Below are positions 1 through 8,718 of a stretch of DNA of 64,000 bases, one piece after another. A program made the position numbers and the translations under genes. The notes beneath the pieces are model-generated. The model saw nothing but the letters and a program-made list of their open reading frames with translations, was not told where the DNA came from and ran no database searches. How positions within the stretch are numbered: the first letter of the stretch is position 1; each line of letters begins with the position of its first letter. The stretch spans positions 1 to 64,000 of the forward strand of contig JAEOTE010000108.1 in NCBI GenBank assembly GCA_016839945.1, read 5' to 3'. This DNA is from Candidatus Heimdallarchaeota archaeon. Lineage in GTDB: Archaea; Asgardarchaeota; Heimdallarchaeia; Heimdallarchaeales; Heimdallarchaeaceae.

Positions 1-2
1 AG

Positions 3-881
3 AAAAAAATAGTAACAAGCATTCTTGAAGATCATTCACTTCTCGCACCTGCAATAAAAACACACCAAACATTTGGGACTGACATAGATTATCTTTCAAT
101 CAAAGACGAAACTAATCTTTCAACTACTATACAAGAGAAGATAAAAGGAAATTCGGACATAGTTCTGCTTTCTGCCTTAACAACTACAAATGGTGTTCTT
201 AGAGATTGGAAAGAGATTTCAAAAATCTGTGAAGAAAGTGATTCTACATTTATTTTAGATATAAGTAATCTAGTTGGTCATGATGAAATGCATTTCAATA
301 ACACTATTCCTGATGTTGTCATTGCAGATGGAGCTGTTGGAGCTTTAGGTCCTCAAGGAATCGCTTTTCAGATTTTATCAGAAGAAAAAAACAAAGAACT
401 TGATCCACTCATTGTTGGAGGAGGACCTGTAATAGCTTTGGAGGAATACACTTATTTGCTAACTTCTACTGGATCAAAATTTGAATGTGGAATAATTAAT
501 ACTGCTGGGATTTCAGCTTTAGTTAATAGCATGAAACTTCTCGAGGATGTAGGATTAGCTAAAATCAGAGAACACGACACTAAACTTAGTAATATTATTC
601 GTCATGAATTGAAGAACATTCCAGATATTGAAATTTATGAATTAGATGGTACTAAACAAGGTCCAATTACTTCGTTTGCATGTAAATCAATAGATGCAAA
701 TGATATTGCTATTGTATTAGAAGAATTAAAAGGAGTAATTATACGAAGTGGAGCTTTGTGTGCACACTTATTCATGTACGAGTTGCCATATAATGATATA
801 GCTAGAGTTTCTACTCACTTATATAATACTGAAGAAGAAATCAAGATTTTTAATGAAACACTTAATTCCATATTTTCTTGA
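3..881 (+). CDS. Class V aminotransferase / SufS-like cysteine desulfurase homolog, 5'-truncated by the window; PLP-binding residues degenerate
   Basis: The frame appears open upstream of the called ATG at 288 (KKIVTSILEDHSLLAP...LDISNLVGH). It has FECGIIN (cf. FEAGTPN), RSGALCAH (cf. RxGHHCA) and RVSTHLYNT. The SGHK motif reads DGAV. Confidence 0.8.
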   Translation, partial: KKIVTSILEDHSLLAPAIKTHQTFGTDIDYLSIKDETNLSTTIQEKIKGNSDIVLLSALTTTNGVLRDWKEISKICEESDSTFILDISNLVGHDEMHFNNTIPDVVIADGAVGALGPQGIAFQILSEEKNKELDPLIVGGGPVIALEEYTYLLTSTGSKFECGIINTAGISALVNSMKLLEDVGLAKIREHDTKLSNIIRHELKNIPDIEIYELDGTKQGPITSFACKSIDANDIAIVLEELKGVIIRSGALCAHLFMYELPYNDIARVSTHLYNTEEEIKIFNETLNSIFS

Positions 882-937
882 TTTTTTCCTTAGGTTTAAC
901 CCTAAAACATATTAACATTTCAAATTTATATATATTA

Positions 938-1597
938 ATGCTCAACTATTTAATCAATAAAACAAAAATTACTCTTCTCCTTCTAGCATTTATCTCTATG
1001 ATAACTACTAGTGGATTTTGTCAAGCTGACACTACAATAATAATATCAAAAATTGTGAATATGGAAGTACCAGAGAATATAGAATTTTCACAAGCTTTTG
1101 AAGAATCAACTTTTATCATATATGTTGATTATCAGATAGAAAATCCTACAAATGACAGTGTCTTAATCAGCTGTTGTTCAACACCAATCTATAGATTGAA
1201 AATTGACGTTTTATTAGCTGAAGAAGAGTTGAATATAACAAGTTTAATAGGAGAGAATCCAATTGATTTTTCAATAAATTTTGAACCAGGATTCATAAGT
1301 GTTAATACTAGTTTTAGATTTGTGTTAAAACCATATATCAAAACCTATTTACCAGAAGGAAATTACACATTCTGGATAGATTTACTTGAATGTTGTACAG
1401 GTAATTTTTCATTGATTCCTTTAAAATCATTCATGAACATTACAGAAGAAGAGATATTCATATCTCATGAAACTGATGGAGGAATACATACATTTGACAG
1501 AATAACTGTTAGAGACACAAGTTTTTACCTAATTGCCATGATATTATCTATACCCATTCTTAGTATCTTCTCGAAGAGAAAGAAAAACAAAATCTAG
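938..1597 (+). CDS. Secreted/surface protein with N-terminal signal peptide and C-terminal TM anchor plus basic tail
   Basis: Hydrophobic N-terminus, beta-rich middle, C-terminal FYLIAMILSIPILSIF-SKRKKNKI. ATG at 938 preferred to TTG at 878. Confidence 0.65.
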   Translation: MLNYLINKTKITLLLLAFISMITTSGFCQADTTIIISKIVNMEVPENIEFSQAFEESTFIIYVDYQIENPTNDSVLISCCSTPIYRLKIDVLLAEEELNITSLIGENPIDFSINFEPGFISVNTSFRFVLKPYIKTYLPEGNYTFWIDLLECCTGNFSLIPLKSFMNITEEEIFISHETDGGIHTFDRITVRDTSFYLIAMILSIPILSIFSKRKKNKI

Positions 1598-1601
1598 TTA
1601 T

Positions 1602-1675
1602 GCACGTATAGTCTAGTGGTAGGACTCAGCCCTCCCACGGCTGGAACCCGGGTTCAAATCCCGGTTCGTGCACCA
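1602..1675 (+). tRNA. tRNA-Gly (anticodon CCC), CCA encoded, no intron
   Basis: Acceptor stem GCACGTA/TTCGTGC (one U-U mismatch), D-loop TAGTGGTA, anticodon arm CAGCC-CTCCCAC-GGCTG, T arm CCGGG-TTCAAAT-CCCGG, then A73 and CCA. Confidence 0.96.
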
Positions 1676-1708
1676 TTCTTATTTTACCGGAATACATATC
1701 ATTCTCTT

Positions 1709-1735
1709 TTTTGTTGGCACAAAACATCAATTTTT
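1709..1735 (+). repeat. 27-bp direct repeat, copy 1 (TTTTGTTGGCACAAAACATCAATTTTT)
   Basis: Identical to 3272-3298; contains the dyad TTTTGT-tggc-ACAAAA. Confidence 0.85.
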
Positions 1736-1830
1736 GCTGTTTTTTTAATAGAATGTCAATTACTATCTTCAAACTATTATTCTATTAAATTTATATAATA
1801 GTTATAACCAAGATTTTTCCCATTTGGGAA

Positions 1831-3135
1831 TCATATTTCTTTAGCATACTTTTCTCTGCCTACAAGAGGTATAAGAAAAAGAATTGGAATTATACCAAAT
1901 AAGTAAACACATGCAGTGACTAGAAAATTTAATCGATAATTATAGGGAGGAATATTACCAACAAGATAACCACCAATTACTGCTGAGAAGTTCCAGAAGA
2001 ATCCCCAGGCAAACGCTTCCAGTGAATTCCATTTTCCTCTGTGTTTTTTGGGTACAATATCCATCAAAATGCTTCTACTTAAAGGTTGAGCAGCATTCAT
2101 AAGAGATCCTCTAGCAATAAAAATTGGTACAAGTATATAGATAGGAGGATAGAAAGCTATTCCGAATAAACAAAGTGTTGCAATCAATTGAGCAACAAAT
2201 ATGATCATAGCTCTTCCTCGTTTAAGAGAGAATTTTTGAGCAGCTAAGCTAGACAAACCAGTAAAAATAGCAGTCAATCCCATAATTACCTGAACCCAAA
2301 TCGGACTTAGTGCATACAAGTTCTCATCAAGGAAGAATATTGTAAAGAACTTAATCGTCATTCCTGCTCCAAAACCAATGATGATATTTGAACCTACTAA
2401 GAGAATAGGAATGAGTTTCTTTACTTGAGATTGAGATAATCTAGATGCAAATCCATTATTATTTGATTCTTTAACGTGAGCTGTTTCTTCTTCTATGGAT
2501 TCACTAATAGTTCCAAGACTCTTCTTATCACTGAAGAAGAACATTATTCCAACAGAGACCAGAGTTATTGCAATGCCTACTATAATTACTTTTTTTAGAA
2601 TATCAAGCTCCCAATCATCTCCAAAAACAATGAAGAGAATTACATTCATGAATGGGCCAATAGACATTGCCACTTGTCGAGCTAAGTGTAACAAAGAATA
2701 AATTTTCGATCTTCTACCTGATTCAACAGAATCTGCTAAAATGGATTCTAGAGAGGGTCTGGTTAAGGCTTGGAAAATGCCCCACGCTGCAAGTGCTACG
2801 AAGATATAAACTAAATCCTTCCCAAATAGAATAAATCCTAATCCCATAATACCGATAATACTCGCAACTTTGAGGAGTTTATCTCTCCCAAATTTATCTG
2901 CTAAAATTCCCGCAGGGAAAACAAAAACTGTTAGTGCTATTCCACTTGCAGCAGAAGTCCAACCTAGTAAAGTATTTGATTTACCTGAGAAAAAGAAAAT
3001 GTATGCTGATAGAACATTTCCCATCCATATACCCCTTCCGAAAGATTGGAAAATTGAGAAAAGAAATGCAAGTTTGACATTGAAATTCATAGATTTCAGT
3101 GTTCCTTTTGAAGTAATATTTTCCAAACAAAGCAT
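1831..3135 (-). CDS. MFS transporter
   Basis: Motif A GILADKFGRDK, ~12 hydrophobic segments. True start may be 3126 or 3090. Confidence 0.9.
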   Translation of the reverse strand: MLCLENITSKGTLKSMNFNVKLAFLFSIFQSFGRGIWMGNVLSAYIFFFSGKSNTLLGWTSAASGIALTVFVFPAGILADKFGRDKLLKVASIIGIMGLGFILFGKDLVYIFVALAAWGIFQALTRPSLESILADSVESGRRSKIYSLLHLARQVAMSIGPFMNVILFIVFGDDWELDILKKVIIVGIAITLVSVGIMFFFSDKKSLGTISESIEEETAHVKESNNNGFASRLSQSQVKKLIPILLVGSNIIIGFGAGMTIKFFTIFFLDENLYALSPIWVQVIMGLTAIFTGLSSLAAQKFSLKRGRAMIIFVAQLIATLCLFGIAFYPPIYILVPIFIARGSLMNAAQPLSRSILMDIVPKKHRGKWNSLEAFAWGFFWNFSAVIGGYLVGNIPPYNYRLNFLVTACVYLFGIIPILFLIPLVGREKYAKEI

Positions 3136-3271
3136 CTCCCGAGGTTTTTAGACCTCTCTACACAAGACTAAATGATAGTCATTTAAAATTTTGCTTAAAC
3201 AGCAAAAAAAATTACTTGTCTGAGTTTTGTTGCATCCTTTTTGTTTAATCAAAACAAACAAATCAACTCTC

Positions 3272-3298
3272 TTTTGTTGGCACAAAACATCAATTTTT
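3272..3298 (+). repeat. 27-bp direct repeat, copy 2, abutting a TATA-like TTTTTAAA
   Basis: Identical to 1709-1735; a partial third copy TTTTGTT-taat-CAAAACA lies at 3239-3256. Confidence 0.85.
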
Positions 3299-3343
3299 AA
3301 AGGGGATATGTATATTGTAGTTTGATTAGAAGGTGAATAAGAA

Positions 3344-3571
3344 GTGGCAAGGTGTCCAGACTGTGGGGGCGAAGTTAAATGGAAACCACCATTCTATGTT
3401 TGTTTAGATTGCGGTCTATCTTTCCGTCGTGGGGAATTCGAAGAAGTGAAAAAAACTATTAAGAAAGAATTCAAAGATCAAATGGGTGAAACTGAAGCTG
3501 AAACAGAGCGTAAAGAGAGACAAAGAAAAAGAGATTACCATGATTGGCTCATGAAGAAAAAGGAGGATTAA
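3344..3571 (+). CDS. Small Zn-ribbon protein with charged helical tail
   Basis: CPDCGG...CLDCG; SD-like AGGTGA upstream of GTG. Confidence 0.8.
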   Translation: MARCPDCGGEVKWKPPFYVCLDCGLSFRRGEFEEVKKTIKKEFKDQMGETEAETERKERQRKRDYHDWLMKKKED

Positions 3572-3573
3572 AA

Positions 3574-3831
3574 TTGACTGTAATTGCTCAACATTTAAAA
3601 TGTAATTTCCGTGATCGTTGCGCATCATGTAGTAAATATCTATGGTCACCCAAACAAAAGGGTAGATATTTCTATTGCAGTGATTGTAAATCTGATATAT
3701 TGTGTGATAGAGGGCTTATACAAAATTTTTCAACAGATCGTGATGGGTTAATAACTAAAAGAAATCTCTGCATGAAATGCAATAATGAAGTAATAGAAAA
3801 AATGTGGCCTGACGACGACGTAGAGATATAA
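3574..3831 (+). CDS. Small Cys-rich Zn-finger protein (C1/ZZ-like spacing)
   Basis: AGGAGG at 3561-3566 precedes TTG 3574; CASC-x15-CSDC...C...CMKC. Confidence 0.7.
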   Translation: MTVIAQHLKCNFRDRCASCSKYLWSPKQKGRYFYCSDCKSDILCDRGLIQNFSTDRDGLITKRNLCMKCNNEVIEKMWPDDDVEI

Positions 3832-3842
3832 GATAAAGAGTT

Positions 3843-5240
3843 TTATTCAATCACAACTAACAAACCTGGATCATCCATAACGTAGATAAGTTCATCTGGA
3901 TTTTTACTCATATAATCTTCTATTTCTCTTTTAATAGCATCAACTGGAGATTCTTCAGGTTTTTTTACTGGAGTAACACGATAGTATTTTGATAATTCTT
4001 CTGAATTCATATCTGAAACAGCTTTAATGTTTCCTTCACCAATTGATTTGAGTTCTCTAAAAGTATCTACTGGTTTTTGGTTTCCTATTTTGAAAGTTTC
4101 TTCAGTACAATAGTTGTCAAGTATATATTCTAGACCTTCTTGAAGAGGCATTTCTGCAGTCTCTTTCATAACTTTTTCATAATTTTCATTTCCTACGCCA
4201 TCTGGAAGTGGAGCAACAGCAAGAATTACTCCTTTCCCATCTCTTTTCACCGCTTTCCACGCAGCATGTATGCCTTTACCAGCTTGATAGAGATTAATAC
4301 CCCAACTTTGCATACCACTGATTACAATTCCAGCAGCTTTAGGAAGTTTAACTGTTCTCATTTTTGTTATAAGTTTGGATGCTTCGTCATGTAAATCAAC
4401 CAAATCACCTGCATTCACATATACAATTTTTCCTTCAGTTACAATGGTATCTATACCAAAAATAGTAACTTTTTGTTTAATTATATTAACCATGTTCTTG
4501 ATATCTGATATTACTGGATTTCCCTCTGTAGTTCCCAAACTACATTCATGAACAAATCCTAACTCTCTATCAAACATTTTTGGATGATTCTTTCTTACAG
4601 TATTTCTACTAGCAATACCTGGACATATTTCTTTAATTGTGCCTGCTTGCCCAGCGAAATAATGTAATTCTGTATCTGTTACAGGGATTAAGATTGATGA
4701 TTCAAATGCTAGAGCATTAAAAGCTAACGGAGTCCCTACATCACTTTTTCCAATGCTAACTACATCTTTATCGCAATCGTGAGCGATGATATTTTCCTTC
4801 CATTCTTGGTAAAAACTTTCACCCACAATCTTACTGTACTCATCTGTTCTTGGGAGTCTATGAGTTCCTGTTGCTATTAAAACCTTAATATCTTCTTTTG
4901 GAACTCCTAAAGAAAGAGTTTTCTTTATCATTAAAGGAAGAATTATTTTTGTATGAATATTGGGTCTTGTATGGTCATCAACTACAAGAACAATGGGTCT
5001 ACCTTTTTCGTATTTCTCTTTTACGAGTTCATTATAAGACTTATCATAACCAATTGGATTATTCAGAACTTGTTCTAAAGCATCTTCGAAGCTTCCATCA
5101 TACATTTTCTTCTTGGAAAAATCAGGAGGATGAAGAAACTTTGTTTGTTTTTCATATTTAATAGGGATAAAATTGTTAATTATTTCATTACCCCATGAGA
5201 TTGGAGTATCTAAATAATCATTACTCATATTTTTTTCCAC
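3843..5240 (-). CDS. larA: LarA-family nickel-pincer-dependent 2-hydroxyacid racemase/epimerase
   Basis: Motifs VVDDHTRP, ATGTHR, HD, HYFAGxxGxxK, NH, NLYQAGK. Confidence 0.85.
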   Translation of the reverse strand: MEKNMSNDYLDTPISWGNEIINNFIPIKYEKQTKFLHPPDFSKKKMYDGSFEDALEQVLNNPIGYDKSYNELVKEKYEKGRPIVLVVDDHTRPNIHTKIILPLMIKKTLSLGVPKEDIKVLIATGTHRLPRTDEYSKIVGESFYQEWKENIIAHDCDKDVVSIGKSDVGTPLAFNALAFESSILIPVTDTELHYFAGQAGTIKEICPGIASRNTVRKNHPKMFDRELGFVHECSLGTTEGNPVISDIKNMVNIIKQKVTIFGIDTIVTEGKIVYVNAGDLVDLHDEASKLITKMRTVKLPKAAGIVISGMQSWGINLYQAGKGIHAAWKAVKRDGKGVILAVAPLPDGVGNENYEKVMKETAEMPLQEGLEYILDNYCTEETFKIGNQKPVDTFRELKSIGEGNIKAVSDMNSEELSKYYRVTPVKKPEESPVDAIKREIEDYMSKNPDELIYVMDDPGLLVVIE

Positions 5241-5323
5241 TCACTCTTATTTATAAAATCTATTATTTTGCAATAATTGTGCTTTAATCTGACTTTACCA
5301 ATTAATTTTTAACTGAATCTCAT

Positions 5324-6745
5324 TTGTCTGTCTTAATGATACGCCAAGAAGTTCTCCTTCATCCTTCACGAGATAAAAACCTTCGTACAGTATCTGGTGG
5401 ATTCATAATTGCGGGACTTTGTATGGGCTTCTGGAATGTCATTTTTCAACCATATCTTGTTGACTTTATACCCTCAGAATCTATTTTTGGACTTGTGATG
5501 ACATTTTTTTCACTTTTTCAAATCATCCCTTTAATCTTCATCTCAAAAGTAGGTGATAGGATTGGGAGAAAGAGAGTATATCTTGCAGGAATATTTCTGT
5601 ATATTCCTTCAATGGTAATGTTTGCTTTAGCAGGACATGTTACAATAGCAGAACCACTATTTCTCATTATTACGCCATTACTACTTACTTCATTGGGTTT
5701 TGGTATTAATGATCCTTCAATGTCATCTTTGATTGCAGAAAGTAGTAAAGAGGAGAAAAGAACTTCATCATTTACAATTGTTAATCTTGGTTATTGGATT
5801 GCTACATCTATTGGACCATTGGTTATCAGGTTCTTCTCTGAAGGAATTCCAATGCACTACTTCTTCTATGGATTAGTTGGTGGAAATACATTGCTGTTCT
5901 GTTATTATTTGTTTTTCCTCAAAGAACCTTTAGTTATCAAAGACCATACTTCCAACATTGTCAAACAGTTTCTTCAAGCAATGAAAGCATTAGTAACTTT
6001 ATTTGCTCAAATCTTTATATCCCTCTTCATTTATCTCTTAATACCATTTTATCTTGTTTTTCGAAAAAGAATAAACACTAGTAGAGAAAATAAAATACTA
6101 AATAATGTTGAAAGAGAGCTTATCCTTTTTCAAGACATTTTCAAAAATCCAGGTGTCAAATATGCAATAGGATTTTTTGCTTTTGATTCTCTTGTTTTTG
6201 GATTAAGTCTTAGTATTTTCTATGGTGCAATCAAGTACGTGTATTCTTATAATGAAACTCACATTGCGATGATTCAACTAGTTTTCAATATTAGCACAAT
6301 TATTTGTTTTATCCCACTGACAAAGCTTTCTGATAAACTAAAAAGTAACGAGCTAATAACCATGAGCATAATAATAGGTAGTTTAGCTTTTTCAAGTAAT
6401 ATAATCGCTCATTTCACTTTACCAGAATACCGTTTGTATGTTTTACTAGTAGGTTGGGCAGGATTAGGAGCTAGTGTTGCTTTTTGGGTTCCAGGAATTC
6501 TAACAATCCTTACTGATTATGATAAGAGAAGAAGAGCTGAAATTTATGGAATGGTTACAGGAATTAAATCATTAGGTTGGATGCCTACAGCTGTTATCGC
6601 AGGAATTATACTAGATAGAACTATAGTCAGATTTGGAATGATAATTCCATTTATTATCAGTCTCATACTTCTTCCAATAGAAATATTTCTAGGTATAAAA
6701 TTTCCAGTCAAAGAAAAAGAAGAAAAAACGAAAGAAAAAAGCTAA
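5324..6745 (+). CDS. MFS transporter
   Basis: Motif A SKVGDRIGRKR, second-half KLSDKL, many TM segments. Probable ATG at 5336. Confidence 0.88.
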   Translation: MSVLMIRQEVLLHPSRDKNLRTVSGGFIIAGLCMGFWNVIFQPYLVDFIPSESIFGLVMTFFSLFQIIPLIFISKVGDRIGRKRVYLAGIFLYIPSMVMFALAGHVTIAEPLFLIITPLLLTSLGFGINDPSMSSLIAESSKEEKRTSSFTIVNLGYWIATSIGPLVIRFFSEGIPMHYFFYGLVGGNTLLFCYYLFFLKEPLVIKDHTSNIVKQFLQAMKALVTLFAQIFISLFIYLLIPFYLVFRKRINTSRENKILNNVERELILFQDIFKNPGVKYAIGFFAFDSLVFGLSLSIFYGAIKYVYSYNETHIAMIQLVFNISTIICFIPLTKLSDKLKSNELITMSIIIGSLAFSSNIIAHFTLPEYRLYVLLVGWAGLGASVAFWVPGILTILTDYDKRRRAEIYGMVTGIKSLGWMPTAVIAGIILDRTIVRFGMIIPFIISLILLPIEIFLGIKFPVKEKEEKTKEKS

Positions 6746-7587
6746 AATGGTTTCTCTGTAATCCTTATACTAATTTCCTTAGAGATTTCTTCCCACACCC
6801 AGTTGAGAAATTCCTTGATATGTCCTTCACTCCCTTTCTTGTAAAAGAAGTAAGCTACTAACCAGAAATCGCTTTCAGTATTTGCTAACTGCTTCAGAAA
6901 CCATCCTTCATGCATTTCGGAAGTATTAATATCTATTTTTTCGAATTTTTTCATTTCATCAGTCGAAAGAGAGGATTTTGCAATAATCTCTTCATCCATT
7001 GAAAAAGAGGTTAATAATTCAGAGAAAAGCATCACACTATCTTTCTCCTGTAATTCTTCATTTTTTGCAAATGTGAACACTTTACCTTGATCGATGTCAC
7101 CAATAAATAAATCTGCAAAGTACACTTTTCCTTCTTTTTCTAGAATTTCTAGTTTATGTTTCAATTCTTCTAAGAAAGAATCTTCAATTTTTTCAATTGG
7201 TAAAACTTGTGTGTATTTAGCTATTTGTAAAACTTTTTCCATGATGTCACTTGGGGGAGAAAACACTTCAAAAGTAAGATATTGAGACATTAATTCAAAA
7301 ACTGCTTGTCCTCTCTGTTCTATATATTGATTATTTTCATAAAGATCAGTGAAGAAAACAAATCTCAGAGGATTGGTTTCACCGAGAGGGGGGTAAAGAT
7401 AAATCTTAATATCCTCCAAAGAAGCATTCACTAATCCCCTATCATCAGCTGTACATTCTATAACAAAGTTATTCAAAGCACTAATCATTGGCCACAGTAA
7501 TTCCTCACTAATTCCAATTGAACCATCAGAAAAGATGGTTCGTCCTATCCCAGACTCAATATCCATAAAAGCGAGCAATTTTATCAT
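6742..7587 (-). CDS. Putative longin-like domain protein (possibly tandem)
   Basis: N-terminal beta-beta, helix LLWPMISALNNFVIE, beta strands ...LRFVFFTD, then helix. This is the pattern of Asgard longin-type proteins. The second half shows a similar beta-beta-helix start. Confidence 0.5.
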   Translation of the reverse strand: MIKLLAFMDIESGIGRTIFSDGSIGISEELLWPMISALNNFVIECTADDRGLVNASLEDIKIYLYPPLGETNPLRFVFFTDLYENNQYIEQRGQAVFELMSQYLTFEVFSPPSDIMEKVLQIAKYTQVLPIEKIEDSFLEELKHKLEILEKEGKVYFADLFIGDIDQGKVFTFAKNEELQEKDSVMLFSELLTSFSMDEEIIAKSSLSTDEMKKFEKIDINTSEMHEGWFLKQLANTESDFWLVAYFFYKKGSEGHIKEFLNWVWEEISKEISIRITEKPF

Positions 7588-7694
7588 AAATATGTTTACA
7601 TATATTAAATTGATAAGAATATCTATTTTTTGGGGGAATAGGCAATAAGCTTATTAATTGAATATAATATTTTAACAAAAAAAACGATGATACT

Positions 7695-8144
7695 ATGCAA
7701 CTGGAGCACTCTGCTGGGATTGTTATTTATAATAGAGGACGTTACTTACTATTAAACTATGGAAAAAGTAGAGTAACCGAGAATCGTTGGGGTTTAACTA
7801 AGGGAAGGAAGGAAGAAAATGAAACAATTATGCAAACAGCTCTTCGTGAAGCTTTTGAAGAAACAGGTTTAAAGGACATTTCTATTTTAGAAGAATTCAA
7901 ACATAAGATAGTTTATTACTTTACAAGAGGTCCAAATAGAATCAAAAAGACAGTTACTTATTTAATAGGTATATCTTCTTCCAGAGACGTTCAAATATCA
8001 AAAGAGCACATAGGTTTTCATTGGGCAACATATGAAGAAGCTTTAGAGATGTTAACTTTTGAGAATACAAGAAAAGTAATAAGAGCCTCTGAAAGGTATC
8101 TACGTGAAAATGAGCTGGCGAAAAAACCTGATGAGGGTGTTTGA
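7695..8144 (+). CDS. NUDIX hydrolase, Ap4A hydrolase (NUDT2)-like
   Basis: Nudix box GRKEENETIMQTALREAFEETG; WxxxKG, KxVxY, SKEHxxFxW. Confidence 0.88.
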   Translation: MQLEHSAGIVIYNRGRYLLLNYGKSRVTENRWGLTKGRKEENETIMQTALREAFEETGLKDISILEEFKHKIVYYFTRGPNRIKKTVTYLIGISSSRDVQISKEHIGFHWATYEEALEMLTFENTRKVIRASERYLRENELAKKPDEGV

Positions 8145-8708
8145 TTGGTTTTAACTGAAAAGGACTTGATAACTAAACCGATTATTAAGAGACCTAAAAC
8201 ATTCAATCCTCTTGGAGCTATGCTTACTGGAATTTTAATGGGGATAGGTCATGGTCTTATTAATAACAGTTTGATTAAGAAAAACACTCATTTTGGTTTA
8301 GGAATTTTAGGGTTCTTTTTGATAATAATATCAGTTGCATCTATATTAGCTGCAATATCACTCTCTGCTAAAACTGCGGTTTTCAATTCAAGAATCGAAG
8401 AACATAGGAAGCTCGAAGCACAAGCTATATTCCAGGTTATGCTTTTTTATCTTGGTTACTTCCCTCTTTATGGATTTTCTTTAATCTTCCTAACAAGTGG
8501 AGTAGATTTCTGGAAAATTATTGTTCTAAGTTTAAGTGTTGTTGTTGTCTTTACATTATTATTCATTTATGACATTAAAATCCTAAATGTTAAAGAAATA
8601 AAGTATGCAGACTTAAGAGAAATGCTTTTTCAACCTCAAAGGATATTATTCATTCTACTGAGCTTCATTCCCTCTGTAATATCTACAATCCTTCTATTCT
8701 TTCTGTAA
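8145..8708 (+). CDS. Hypothetical integral membrane protein (~5 TM)
   Basis: Several hydrophobic segments; starts immediately after the NUDIX stop. Confidence 0.7.
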   Translation: MVLTEKDLITKPIIKRPKTFNPLGAMLTGILMGIGHGLINNSLIKKNTHFGLGILGFFLIIISVASILAAISLSAKTAVFNSRIEEHRKLEAQAIFQVMLFYLGYFPLYGFSLIFLTSGVDFWKIIVLSLSVVVVFTLLFIYDIKILNVKEIKYADLREMLFQPQRILFILLSFIPSVISTILLFFL

Positions 8709-8718
8709 ATACCTAATA

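Noticed and set aside
1616-1798. 60-aa ORF in the ORF track
   Set aside because: It overlaps tRNA-Gly and the AT-rich downstream spacer; spurious.
1709-3298. 27-bp repeat as a CRISPR array or attL/attR of an integrated element
   Set aside because: Only two exact copies, 1.5 kb apart; no spacers or cas genes; not a duplicate of the tRNA 3' end; no integrase in the window.
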